Source: Acidobacteriota bacterium
GTDB lineage: Bacteria > Acidobacteriota > Terriglobia > Terriglobales > Acidobacteriaceae
Reading direction: 5' to 3'
Length of the DNA: 64,000 nucleotides
NCBI GenBank assembly: GCA_003225495.1
Contig: QIAJ01000084.1
Span: 30,953 to 94,952, forward strand
In this document: in pieces, positions 22,536-31,779 of the stretch
How positions within the stretch are numbered: the first letter of the stretch is position 1
Layout of the letters: each line of letters begins with the position of its first letter
Position numbers and translations under genes: made by a program
The notes under the pieces: generated by a model
The model's database searches: none
Told to the model about the DNA's origin: nothing
What the model saw: only the letters and a program-made list of their open reading frames with translations

Positions 22536-24044
22536 ATGCCAACCAAACGAAAGTCCAGAAAACCCAGAAAGACCTCCGCAGGATCGCCGGCTGGCGCAGG
22601 AACCAGCGTGCTCGTCGCCTGCTGGCAAGACGACCCCGGAGATCCCGCATCGCAGCCGGTCTTGATGCCGATTCAAGTGCCAGTGCCCGACCCGAGCGCC
22701 CAGCCTCTCCCATTCAAAATTGCGGAGAAAACTCCGCCCCCAAGTATTTACCAGCCAGGAACTGCTCAGTTCCTTTATTACGCCAATGCCTGCGCTCTGC
22801 GCCGGACCGCCGATTTTTGGGGCAGTGTCGTTCCCTCCGGTACCCAATGGGAGATCGGCAAAACTCTGCCCGTGAACCTCGATTCCGGAGTTGACCTCAA
22901 CGCGTTTTACACCCGCGGCGATGGCGGCGACTCTCCAGGCTTACACTTCTTCCACGAAGCCCTGGGGGGACGAGTGTTTTTCTCCGGAGAAAGCCCCGAC
23001 GTCGCCTGCCACGAGATGGGTCATGCGATCCTCGATGCCGTCCGCCCGCAATTGTTCGACGCGCAGACCGTCGAAGCCGCCGCCTTTCACGAGTCTTTTG
23101 GGGATATGACCGCTCTGCTCTCCGCTCTGCAGGTCCCGTCCTTCCGCGAAATACTTTTGAGCGAAACCGGCGGCAGGTTGAAACGCTCCTCTCGATTCTC
23201 CCGCCTCGCGGAGCAACTCGGAGCCGCCATCCGCTCTCAGGAATCGGACGCGGTCGACCCTGATTGCTTACGCAACGCCAACAATTCCTTCTTCTACCGC
23301 GATCCGCAGACACTGCCCCCCTCCGCCCCAGCCTCCTCATTGTCCTCGGAGCCACATTCTTTCTCACGCGTCTTTACCGGTGCGTTCCTCGACATTTTGG
23401 CCGGGATTTTCGCTCTGCAAACCACTCAGGACAGTGACGGGATTGTCCAGACCGCAAGGGCCGCCGCCCAGATTCTGTTAGGGGGCATCGCCAATGCCGC
23501 CGTTGTGCCCGACTTCTACAGCCAGGTTGCCGGCAACATGGTGCAGTTCGGAGACGGCGGTCCCTTCAACGGCAAATATCACGACGTACTAAAAAGCGCC
23601 TTCGTACGTCGCGGAATTCTGTCCCTGCAAGCCGCTTCGACCATCAGCAAAACGAAGTCTCAGGCCAAAGGGATGGTTGCCGCCACGGAAATGCGCGCCA
23701 AGCAGCCGGCAAAATTACCCAAAGCCGCTATTCCGGCTTCGCATTTTGGTCTCAATCAATCGACCTTGCAGGTCCATGTTGCCTCCGAGCCCAGACGCTT
23801 GGCCTTAAGCGCCTCATCCAACCTGCTCGGTCCGGTTGAACCTCGTTCCTCGCAGAACGCCGCCGAATCCTACACGGAGGATCTCTTCCAACGAGGCCAC
23901 GTGGATGTCGGCAAGTACGCCGACCCAGAGAGCGGGATGTCCCGGGCTTTCAGCTTCAAGACTCACATGGTTACGGAAGAAGCCGGGCAACTGGTGTTGA
24001 AACGAATCACATTCAACTGTGGATTCGGTAACGCTGACATCTGA
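22536..24044 (+). CDS. thermolysin-like (gluzincin) zinc metalloprotease-like protein with a Lys/Arg-rich N-terminal tail
   Basis: AAGGAG lies 7 nt before ATG 22536. N-terminus is MPTKRKSRKPRKTS. HEMGH is followed 23 residues later by HESFGD (HExxH...ExxxD). Confidence 0.6.
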   Translation: MPTKRKSRKPRKTSAGSPAGAGTSVLVACWQDDPGDPASQPVLMPIQVPVPDPSAQPLPFKIAEKTPPPSIYQPGTAQFLYYANACALRRTADFWGSVVPSGTQWEIGKTLPVNLDSGVDLNAFYTRGDGGDSPGLHFFHEALGGRVFFSGESPDVACHEMGHAILDAVRPQLFDAQTVEAAAFHESFGDMTALLSALQVPSFREILLSETGGRLKRSSRFSRLAEQLGAAIRSQESDAVDPDCLRNANNSFFYRDPQTLPPSAPASSLSSEPHSFSRVFTGAFLDILAGIFALQTTQDSDGIVQTARAAAQILLGGIANAAVVPDFYSQVAGNMVQFGDGGPFNGKYHDVLKSAFVRRGILSLQAASTISKTKSQAKGMVAATEMRAKQPAKLPKAAIPASHFGLNQSTLQVHVASEPRRLALSASSNLLGPVEPRSSQNAAESYTEDLFQRGHVDVGKYADPESGMSRAFSFKTHMVTEEAGQLVLKRITFNCGFGNADI

Positions 24045-24168
24045 CACGATGGTACTGGGATGCACGCGCCGATTCGCGCGCGTTCCCCTGCGTGCCCTAT
24101 AACCCCCGACACTCGGGGATTTGACCGGTGTCGGGGGGGCACGTAAAGTAAGAATCAGGGTCCCGCAA

Positions 24169-24441
24169 ATGCCGAATAAGACGAAGCAAAAAGGAAAAAC
24201 CAAGTCTCCTACCAGCAAAAAGAAGGCCTCCAGACCTGTTGCAGCAAAAACGAAGAAGCCGAATGCCGCCGTCGGAATGGCGCCCGCCACCGATCGCTTC
24301 GTAAAAGACCTGCTGGTCCGCGGAGACGCCGCAGCGCCCGACTCCACCGGTAAAGTGCCTCGCGATGCGACGCATGTAATAGAAAATCAAAACGAAGACG
24401 GGACCGCCGTAGTCAGGCGAGTGCGCTACAAAATGTTCTAG
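24169..24441 (+). CDS. small basic hypothetical protein (90 aa)
   Basis: MPNKTKQKGKTKSPTSKKKASRPVAAKTKKP tail, then ..VPRDATHVIENQNEDGTAVVRRVRYKMF. The ATG is preferred over the upstream TTG. Confidence 0.45.
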   Translation: MPNKTKQKGKTKSPTSKKKASRPVAAKTKKPNAAVGMAPATDRFVKDLLVRGDAAAPDSTGKVPRDATHVIENQNEDGTAVVRRVRYKMF

Positions 24442-24573
24442 CCATCGACAACCGGCGTGCTCTGCCGTGTAATCCACATAAGACCCGCGACTGTTTTTCT
24501 GAATGATATTTTTCCAATAGTCGCCAGCGCCTATTCCGACTCAACTCCGGTAAACTATTTCGCGGGTCAACCG

Positions 24574-27309
24574 ATGGCTTTCTGTAGCTCCTGCGGCACT
24601 GATCTGCCCATTGCAGTCCGCTTCTGTTCCACTTGCGGAAAGCCGGTGGGCTCCGACGACATAGCGACGCTTGAATTCGCCACCGCCGCGATCACCCGCG
24701 AACCACGAACTGCTAACTCCACGCCATCTCGTCCCCCGAGTTCTTCCGGCTTCTCTTTGAATGAAGGCCGCTTTCTTCCAGGACGGTTGCTCGCCGGTCG
24801 CTATCGCATCATCGCGCTCCTCGGAAAAGGTGGCATGGGCGAAGTCTACCGCGCCGACGATCTGACGCTCGGCCAGCCCGTGGCGCTGAAGTTTCTTCCG
24901 GAAGAAGCCACCCGTGACGAAAGCCTGCTGGAACGGTTCCGCAATGAAGTCCGCATTGCCCGCCGCGTCTCGCATCCGAATGTATGCCGCGTCTACGACG
25001 TCGGCGAAGTCGACGGCCACAGTTTTTTCACCATGGAGTATGTTGACGGAGAAGACCTGGCCTCGCTGCTCCGCCGCATCGGTCGCCTTCCCCAGGACAA
25101 AGCTACCGACATCGCCCGCCAACTCTGTGCCGGACTGGCTGCTGCCCATGCCAAGGGGGTCCTCCATCGCGACCTCAAGCCCGCCAACATCATGCTCGAC
25201 GGCCGCGGCCAGGTCGTTATGACCGATTTCGGTCTCGCCGGCCTGACCGACCAGATCAAAGGTGCCGACGTCCGCAGCGGCACGCCCGCTTACATGGCCC
25301 CCGAGCAACTTGCCGGCAAAGAAGTCACCGCCCAAAGTGATATCTACGCGCTAGGCCTGGTGTTATATGAGATCTTCACCGGCAAGCGCGCCTTCACCGC
25401 GGAGACTTTGGCCGAACTGATCCGCAGCGGAACGCAGACGACGCCCAGTCGGCCATCGTCGGTGGTTAAAGATCTCGACCCGGCAGTAGAGCGCGTGATC
25501 CTGCGCTGTCTGGAACCCGAGCCTGCGCGCCGTCCCGCAAGCGCACTCAGCGTCGCCGCCGCCCTCCCGGGTGGAGATCCGCTAGCCGCCGCGCTCGCCG
25601 CCGGCGAGACGCCCTCTCCGCAGATGGTCGCCGCCGCCGGCGAAACGGCCGGCCTGAAACCGCGTATCGCACTCATCTGTTTCGCGGCTCTCTTATTGGG
25701 TCTGGCGGCCGGTGTCTATCTCAGCATTCGCAACAGCGCCATCGAACAGCTCGGCCTCGACCAGGCTCCCGAAGTTCTTCGCCAGAAAGCGCGCGACGTG
25801 ATCGGCAGTTTTGGATACACTGAGCGGCCCGTCGATTCCGCGATGGACTTCGATTACGACACTGACTTCGTCAATTACGCCGAGAAAAACGACAAGCCGC
25901 ATCCGAACTGGAACCAGATTTTCGCCAACCAGCCCCCGGTTCTCTATTTCTCCTACCGGCAGAGTCCGCAATATCTGGTGGCTTCCGACTTCCATGACCT
26001 TTTGCTCACTCCCGGAGTAGTTCAGAAGAACGACCCGCCGACCACCCTCTCCGGCATGATCAACCTCGCGCTCGATCCCCGCGGGCGTCTGCTCTACTTC
26101 CAGGCGATCCCTCCCGAGAAGGACAGTGAATCCGCAACCTCGAAAGTGGTGGACTGGAACCCGGTCTTCACCGCCGCCGGTCTCGATCTTTCAAAGTTCC
26201 AGCCCGCGCCGCCGATCTGGAATTCCCTCGCCAGCTCCGACACACGCGCCGCCTGGACTGGCCTGTGGCCCGGGAACTCGCGGCCTTTGCGGGTAGAAGC
26301 CGCCGCCTACCACGCCAGGCCGGTATTCTTCGCCCTCGTCGGCGAATGGACGCAACCGCCCCGTATGAAGCCTCCCGAAGCATCCGTCAGTAAGAAAATC
26401 GTGACGGTTGCCGGCGTGTTGCTATTGATCTCGATGATGGCCTTTGGCGTGTTCCTCGCGCGTCTCAACCATCGCCGCGGCCGCGGCGATCGCGCCGGCG
26501 CGTTCCGTCTCGCTTGCTTCATGTTTGCCGTTGAGATGGTGCTGTGGCTGTGCCGCAGTCATCTGGTCCCGGGAGTGGAAACATTCGGCCTGTTCGTAAT
26601 TGCAGTCAGCACGGCGCTCTTCATCTCCGGCCTTACATGGATTCTCTATCTGGCCCTGGAGCCCTATGTGCGCCGCTACTGGCCTCAATCGATCATTTCC
26701 TGGAGCCGCCTGGTATCCGGCCAGTTGCGCGACCCACTGGTTGGTCGCGACATTTTATTCGGTGTCATGCTCGGTACCACCTGGTTGCTGATCTTCAAGA
26801 TCACTCATATTGTGCTGCTACGCCACGGATCTCCTCCATCACTCTTGCAGACCGATTACCTGCTCGGCGTTCGTTGGACCCTCAGCGCGTGGGTGTTCCA
26901 GGTACCTACTTCGATCCTCGCTGCTTTGGAGTTCTTTTTTCTTCTCTTGGGCTTAAAGATTAGCCTGCGCCGCGATTGGCTGGCAGCGATCGTCTTTGTT
27001 GCGATCTTTACTGCACTGAAGACCTCAGGCAGTGCCTATCCGGCCATCGAGTTGCCCGCCGAGATCCTTGTTTACGCGATCGCCGTGCTCATCGTAGTCC
27101 GCTTCGGACTAATCCCGCTGGCCTGCGCCATCTTCACCGTCGATTTGCTCGTCAACGTGCCCTTCGCGGCTGATTTTTCCGCCTGGTATGCAAACAGCGC
27201 AATCTTTGTTTTGCTGAGCGTGGTCGCTTTGGCTGCATGGGGCTTCTACCATTCTCTCGGCGGAGCGCCACTCTGGAATCCTGACGCCCACGAGCGTTTA
27301 AAAGTGTGA
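24574..27309 (+). CDS. Ser/Thr protein kinase with N-terminal zinc ribbon and a C-terminal polytopic membrane domain
   Basis: MAFCSSCGTDLPIAVRFCSTCGKPV (CxxC..CxxC). Kinase motifs GKGGMGEVYRA, HRDLKPANIM, DFGLAG and APEQ. One TM helix, a loop of about 220 aa, then about 8 TM helices. Confidence 0.88.
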   Translation: MAFCSSCGTDLPIAVRFCSTCGKPVGSDDIATLEFATAAITREPRTANSTPSRPPSSSGFSLNEGRFLPGRLLAGRYRIIALLGKGGMGEVYRADDLTLGQPVALKFLPEEATRDESLLERFRNEVRIARRVSHPNVCRVYDVGEVDGHSFFTMEYVDGEDLASLLRRIGRLPQDKATDIARQLCAGLAAAHAKGVLHRDLKPANIMLDGRGQVVMTDFGLAGLTDQIKGADVRSGTPAYMAPEQLAGKEVTAQSDIYALGLVLYEIFTGKRAFTAETLAELIRSGTQTTPSRPSSVVKDLDPAVERVILRCLEPEPARRPASALSVAAALPGGDPLAAALAAGETPSPQMVAAAGETAGLKPRIALICFAALLLGLAAGVYLSIRNSAIEQLGLDQAPEVLRQKARDVIGSFGYTERPVDSAMDFDYDTDFVNYAEKNDKPHPNWNQIFANQPPVLYFSYRQSPQYLVASDFHDLLLTPGVVQKNDPPTTLSGMINLALDPRGRLLYFQAIPPEKDSESATSKVVDWNPVFTAAGLDLSKFQPAPPIWNSLASSDTRAAWTGLWPGNSRPLRVEAAAYHARPVFFALVGEWTQPPRMKPPEASVSKKIVTVAGVLLLISMMAFGVFLARLNHRRGRGDRAGAFRLACFMFAVEMVLWLCRSHLVPGVETFGLFVIAVSTALFISGLTWILYLALEPYVRRYWPQSIISWSRLVSGQLRDPLVGRDILFGVMLGTTWLLIFKITHIVLLRHGSPPSLLQTDYLLGVRWTLSAWVFQVPTSILAALEFFFLLLGLKISLRRDWLAAIVFVAIFTALKTSGSAYPAIELPAEILVYAIAVLIVVRFGLIPLACAIFTVDLLVNVPFAADFSAWYANSAIFVLLSVVALAAWGFYHSLGGAPLWNPDAHERLKV

Positions 27310-27500
27310 TCGGAGACGCCGGATCCTCGCGCGAACCCAATCCCGGCCTTTGCCGAGATTGCCAACACTCCCGCCGCATTGAATCCGACCGCGGCTCCGT
27401 TTTCTTCCGCTGCGACCTGTCGTTCAAAGATCCAAAGTTTCCCAAGTATCCCCGTTTGCCCGTGATCAATTGCAGCGGCTATCGACCCCTAAGGCCCTAG
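27306..27500 (+). CDS. small Cys-rich hypothetical protein (64 aa), translationally coupled to the kinase
   Basis: GTG start overlaps the kinase stop (GTGTGA). Four Cys (CRDC...C...C) and ..DPKFPKYPRLPV.. suggest a small zinc-binding fold. Confidence 0.5.
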   Translation: MIGDAGSSREPNPGLCRDCQHSRRIESDRGSVFFRCDLSFKDPKFPKYPRLPVINCSGYRPLRP

Positions 27501-27719
27501 GGATAACTGAAAATAGCCCGGCATTTTCGGCCCGCGTCTTTAAGAACTGTCATTTTGAGCGAAGCGAAGACCTGGCTTCCCCATAGTCGGGCGGGACACT
27601 CGACCATAGTTTGCGATTAGCCTTTCCATGCGTGCGACTCTATAATCAAACCTCCACTAGGATCCGCGCTACTAATCAGGCCTGGACCCTGGACCCCCAC
27701 ATCAACAGGAGCTGCTCCA

Positions 27720-27896
27720 ATGTCCGCACCCAGCCGTCGTCCCGAAATTCGCCGCCGCCGCACCCGCGCCGAGAAAGTTCAGAAACTGCGCAAACGCCTG
27801 GCCGCGTCCTCCGGCGCAGACAAAGACCGTCTCACCGCCAAGCTCAATCGCTACCAGCAAGTGTCCCCCGGCAATCCCCTGGTCAAGAGCGCGTAG
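27720..27896 (+). CDS. small basic hypothetical protein (58 aa), not in the supplied ORF track
   Basis: AGGAG lies 9 nt upstream of the ATG. Translation is MSAPSRRPEIRRRRTRAEKVQKLRKRLAASSGADKDRLTAKLNRYQQVSPGNPLVKSA. It fills an otherwise empty gap, and the overlapping 147-aa ORF looks spurious. Confidence 0.5.
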   Translation: MSAPSRRPEIRRRRTRAEKVQKLRKRLAASSGADKDRLTAKLNRYQQVSPGNPLVKSA

Positions 27897-27938
27897 CCCC
27901 GAACGGCGCCATCAACCGCAGTGCTACAATCCACCGCC

Positions 27939-28637
27939 ATGAAACGTGTCTTCGTCGCCGCGTTGCTGCTTCTCCCGCTGCTCGCCGCTTTGGCCGCCGC
28001 TCCCGAGGTGGAGATCACCTCCGAACCTTCGCACCATCTTGCGATCGACAATGATCACGTTCGTGTTTTCCAGGTCGAAGTTGCTCCGAACACCTCCACG
28101 CTGGTGCATCGGCATCGGCATGACTACTTCTTCGTTACCCTTGGCGCCTCCCATGTCGTCAACCAGGTCGTTGATAAGCCACCCGTAGATCTCAATCTGG
28201 CCGACGGAGAAACCCGCTTCACTCCCGGCAACTTCGCACACGCTGCCAAGAATCTTTCCGATAGCCCGTTCCGTAACGTCACCATTGAATTAGTGCAGGA
28301 CGAAAAGATGCGCGCCGCTCCGTCGCCTTGGCCCATGGAAGGCGGAGACAAAGAGTTTCCCGGCGTAAAAGTCAAGATTCTCTATGTCCGCGACGGCGCT
28401 CGCGTCGCCGCCGTCGAACTGCAGCCCGGAGCCACCGTCCCTAGCCATCATCATGACGGTCCGCATCTCCTGGTAGCAGTCAGCGACCTTGACATCCGCA
28501 GCGATGTGGACGGCATGGGCCCCATGCCCGGCAAATTCAAGTCTGGCGACGTGAAATGGCTGCCCGGCGGCTATACCCACACCGTGACCAATACCGGCAA
28601 GACGGCTGCGAGGTTCGTGACCGTGGAATTCAAGTGA
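27939..28637 (+). CDS. secreted bicupin-domain protein
   Basis: Signal peptide MKRVFVAALLLLPLLAALAAA. Two cupin-like halves (..LVHRHRHDYFFV.., ..VPSHHHDGPHLLVAV..). Confidence 0.65.
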   Translation: MKRVFVAALLLLPLLAALAAAPEVEITSEPSHHLAIDNDHVRVFQVEVAPNTSTLVHRHRHDYFFVTLGASHVVNQVVDKPPVDLNLADGETRFTPGNFAHAAKNLSDSPFRNVTIELVQDEKMRAAPSPWPMEGGDKEFPGVKVKILYVRDGARVAAVELQPGATVPSHHHDGPHLLVAVSDLDIRSDVDGMGPMPGKFKSGDVKWLPGGYTHTVTNTGKTAARFVTVEFK

Positions 28638-28655
28638 TGCGTCGGATTATATTTC

Positions 28656-29075
28656 CTACTTCGTTTCCGGAACGATACGGAAGGGCCGATTCTTCGCTGA
28701 ACGATAGACGGAGAAATCCCGGCGATCCAATGTGAAGATGGTGTCGAAGCCGTCGCGGTTGGCAAGGTGTACCAGAGCCGCGTCCGCGAGCTGTGGCCGA
28801 AGGTTTGCATATCTTGCCATGAATTCAGACAATGCGCCCGCTTCCATGCCAGATAGTGGAAGCAACTCCAGAAATCCAGTGCTGACACTTTGCAGTAGAT
28901 CCGTGACTAAACGGGGAGAGCGGCGCAACAGCCAAGCCGCTTCCGTAATCACCGGCCAGCAAGAGAAGAGCGGTCCCGGCAGGTCATGGAGCGTAGCAAC
29001 ACAGAGGTCATGATACTGATCCGTCGCGGAAAGAATCGCAACCATCGGGCCGGTGTCGATCAGAACCCTCCTCAC
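28656..29075 (-). CDS. vapC: PIN-domain toxin VapC
   Basis: MRRVLIDTGPMVA.. supplies the N-terminal acidic Asp. Carries ..FDTIFTLDRRDF.. and has a 4-nt overlap with the upstream antitoxin gene. Confidence 0.8.
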   Translation of the reverse strand: MRRVLIDTGPMVAILSATDQYHDLCVATLHDLPGPLFSCWPVITEAAWLLRRSPRLVTDLLQSVSTGFLELLPLSGMEAGALSEFMARYANLRPQLADAALVHLANRDGFDTIFTLDRRDFSVYRSAKNRPFRIVPETK

Positions 29076-29332
29076 TGCTTTTCGCCAAAGCCCTTAAAGT
29101 GGCGCGGATTGGTACTCAGATCCCGCGGAGCGTCTTTAAGCCGGCCGATCAGACCAGCCTGTCTGGCCAATTCGTAGGCGGACTGGCCAGCAGCCTGACG
29201 GAGGTAGCTCTCTATGGCCTCTCTGACAATTTCCGACTCCGGCAGTCCTTTTACATCCGCCTGTCTCTTCAAACGTTTGCCAAGCGATAGTGGGATCCGG
29301 ATGGTAATGCGTTGCGAAGACATGTCGGACAT
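29072..29332 (-). CDS. vapB: ribbon-helix-helix antitoxin VapB (CopG-like)
   Basis: RITIRIPLSLGKRLKRQADVKGLPESEIVREAIESYL is an RHH pattern. The gene has an ATGA overlap with vapC. Confidence 0.75.
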   Translation of the reverse strand: MSDMSSQRITIRIPLSLGKRLKRQADVKGLPESEIVREAIESYLRQAAGQSAYELARQAGLIGRLKDAPRDLSTNPRHFKGFGEKQ

Positions 29333-29389
29333 TATAACGTATTTGTCTGACAGACCGGCGATGTCGTAAATGCAACCGGTTCCGATCGT

Positions 29390-30688
29390 TCAGTGGCCAT
29401 AGACGACCCTCCCACCAACAATCGTCGCCACGACTTTCCCTGTAAGCTGCCACCCATCAAAGGGCGTGTTCTTCGATTTAGAAAGGGACTTCACCGCCTC
29501 AAATGTCCACCGTTTCTTCGGATCGAAAATAGTTACATCGCCATAGTAACCGCGTCCCAGCGACCCGCGTCCACGCAAATCGAAGCATCGTGCCGGACCC
29601 GCAGTAAATAACTCAACGATGCGACCTAGCGGAATATGCTTCTCCTTAGACAACTTCGCAATCGCCAACCCCAGCGCAGTCTCCAGTCCGGTAATACCAA
29701 ACGAAGCCCGCTCGAATTCCATCTCTTTTTCGTGCGAAGCATGCGGCGCGTGATCCGTCGCAATCGCGTCCACCGTGCCGTCCGCGAGCGCGACCAGGAT
29801 CGCCTCCAGATCTGAAGCCGACCGCAGCGGCGGATTCATTTTGTACCGGCTGTCGTAGTCCCGGACATCATCATCCGTCAGCGCAAAATGATGCGGCGTC
29901 ACCTCGCACGTCACTCGCGTCTTCGCACGCTTCCCACGCCGCACTTCCTTTAGAGCGTCCGCCGTCGAAATATGCGCTACATGTAGCCGCGAATTCGGAA
30001 TCTGCATTGCCAGATGAACATCGCGCTCTACGATATTGGCTTCAGCCGCCGCCGGCATGCCGCGCAGCCCCAACCGAAACGCCCTTGCTCCCGCATGCAT
30101 GGAGCAGTTCTCTGTGAGCCTCGTATCTTCCGCGTGCTGGACGACTGGGAAATTTACTTCGGCCCCCAGCACCAGCGCAGCCCTCATGATGTCGTCTTCC
30201 AGAATGGGCTTGCCGTCGTCGGTAACCGCCACCGCGCCCGCCCGCTGCAGTGACCGGAAGTCCGTCAGATTCCCGCCCTTGCTCCCGCGCGTTGCCGCCG
30301 CGATCGGCAACACATTGACCACTGCACTTCGTTCCGGCGAACGCAGCCACTGGACCCACTCCACCGAATCCACGATCGGGTCGGTATTCGGCATTGTGCA
30401 GACCGAAGTAAATCCACCCGCCGCCGCCGCCGCCGTCCCAGTAGCAATCGTCTCCTTGTAAGACTGTCCCGGCTCGCGCAGATGCACATGCAAATCGATA
30501 AAGCCCGGAGCAACAATCAGCCCGCGCGCGTCAAAGTTCTCGTCCGCCCCTTTGATCTTCTTTGGAGGCGCTACCTCCACGACGCGTCCGCCCTCAATAA
30601 GGATATCCATGGGCCCATCGATCTTCGCCGCCGGATCAATCAAATGCCCGCCCTTGATCAAGAGACTGTTTGTGGACCCTGTCTTCAC
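29390..30688 (-). CDS. pyrC: dihydroorotase
   Basis: GFIDLHVHLREPG (HxH) and DHAPH, with full-length amidohydrolase similarity. It lies downstream of pyrB. Confidence 0.93.
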   Translation of the reverse strand: MKTGSTNSLLIKGGHLIDPAAKIDGPMDILIEGGRVVEVAPPKKIKGADENFDARGLIVAPGFIDLHVHLREPGQSYKETIATGTAAAAAGGFTSVCTMPNTDPIVDSVEWVQWLRSPERSAVVNVLPIAAATRGSKGGNLTDFRSLQRAGAVAVTDDGKPILEDDIMRAALVLGAEVNFPVVQHAEDTRLTENCSMHAGARAFRLGLRGMPAAAEANIVERDVHLAMQIPNSRLHVAHISTADALKEVRRGKRAKTRVTCEVTPHHFALTDDDVRDYDSRYKMNPPLRSASDLEAILVALADGTVDAIATDHAPHASHEKEMEFERASFGITGLETALGLAIAKLSKEKHIPLGRIVELFTAGPARCFDLRGRGSLGRGYYGDVTIFDPKKRWTFEAVKSLSKSKNTPFDGWQLTGKVVATIVGGRVVYGH

Positions 30689-30728
30689 TTCTTTCCTTTC
30701 GGCTCTCTCTCTGTGGTCAATTGCCTTG

Positions 30729-31640
30729 TCAACGCATTCTCCCCACCGCCCGCGCCAGAATCGCCATGCGCACCGGAACGCCGTTTCGCACCTCGTCCAG
30801 AATACGTGCTTGCGCCCCGTCGGCCACTTCGCCAGTCAGCTCCAGTCCGCGGATAATCGGCCCCGGGTGCATCACGATGGCATCCTTCTTCGCCGCTTTT
30901 ACCCGCGCCGCCGTCATCTGATAATGCGCGATGTAATCCGGTAAGTTGATCTTCATCCCGGACAGCCGCTCTTTCTGCACGCGCAGCAACATCACCACAT
31001 TCGTCCCGCGCAACGCATCTTCTATATGACGCGTCACCCGCACTCCCGGCGCCAGCGTGGCCGCAATCTCCGGCACCAGCTCCGGAGGCCCGCACAGGAT
31101 GACCTTCACTCCAAACTTGCTCAACAGATGGCACGCCGATCGCGCTACCCGGCTATGAAAGATGTCTCCGATAATTGCGACCTGCAACCCTTTAAACGTT
31201 TTCTTGTTGCGCAAGATCGTGTAAGCGTCGAGCAACGCCTGCGAAGGATGTTCGTGCAGTCCGTCGCCCGCATTGATCACCGGCACATCGACGTATTGCG
31301 CCATCACATGCGGCGCGCCCGCATTGGGATGCCGAATCACGATTACATCCGCGCCCAGTGCTCGCACCGTGTAGCCCGTATCGAGCAATGACTCGCCTTT
31401 TTCAATGCTCGATCCCGAAGCCTGAATCAGGACGGTATGGGCGCCCAGCGCTTTCGCCGCAATCTCAAACGAACTGCGCGTGCGCGTGGAAGCTTCGTAG
31501 AAAAGGAGAACGACCCGTTTGCCTTTCAGCAGCGGCCGCGGCTTGTCCGGATTCATACGCCGCGCGAATTTCAGAATTTTCAGGATCTCCGCTGCTTCCA
31601 GATGCTCGATTCCGAGCAGCGAACCCCGGGCTGCACTCAT
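30729..31640 (-). CDS. pyrB: aspartate carbamoyltransferase catalytic subunit
   Basis: Start at MSAARGSLLGIEHL. Carries EASTRTRSSFE, HEHPSQALLD and MHPGP. Confidence 0.95.
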   Translation of the reverse strand: MSAARGSLLGIEHLEAAEILKILKFARRMNPDKPRPLLKGKRVVLLFYEASTRTRSSFEIAAKALGAHTVLIQASGSSIEKGESLLDTGYTVRALGADVIVIRHPNAGAPHVMAQYVDVPVINAGDGLHEHPSQALLDAYTILRNKKTFKGLQVAIIGDIFHSRVARSACHLLSKFGVKVILCGPPELVPEIAATLAPGVRVTRHIEDALRGTNVVMLLRVQKERLSGMKINLPDYIAHYQMTAARVKAAKKDAIVMHPGPIIRGLELTGEVADGAQARILDEVRNGVPVRMAILARAVGRMR

Positions 31641-31779
31641 GCCGTTTCTCACCAAACCAGTATTAAAGAGATCTATCGTCGGAAGGGCTGAATTTCTTTT
31701 GCCGTGCCGCATCATACGTGGGCGACCGGGCTGGGGGCAAGACAGGCGTTGCCGCCGCACTAAGCATACTCGCCAACAT

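Noticed and set aside
24103-24137. A 10-bp inverted repeat CCCCCGACAC...GTGTCGGGGG with an alternative inner pairing CCCCG/CGGGG, lying between the metalloprotease-like gene and the small basic ORF.
   Set aside because: No T-tract follows it, the loop is long (15 nt), and I have no comparative support. It is noted only as a possible transcript-end or processing structure.
27548-27572. TGTCATTTTGAGCGAAGCGAAGACC, which resembles a short repeat I recall seeing in intergenic regions of other soil-bacterial genomes.
   Set aside because: There is only one copy in this window and the recollection cannot be verified here.
27641-27646. Perfect TATAAT hexamer upstream of the 58-codon ORF.
   Set aside because: There is no acceptable -35 hexamer at 16-19 nt spacing. 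TTGCGA lies 24 nt away. That is not enough to call a promoter.
27611-28054. 147-aa Arg/Pro/Ser-rich ORF starting at a TTG.
   Set aside because: It has biased composition and no RBS. It overlaps both the better-supported 58-codon ORF and the start of the cupin gene in other frames.
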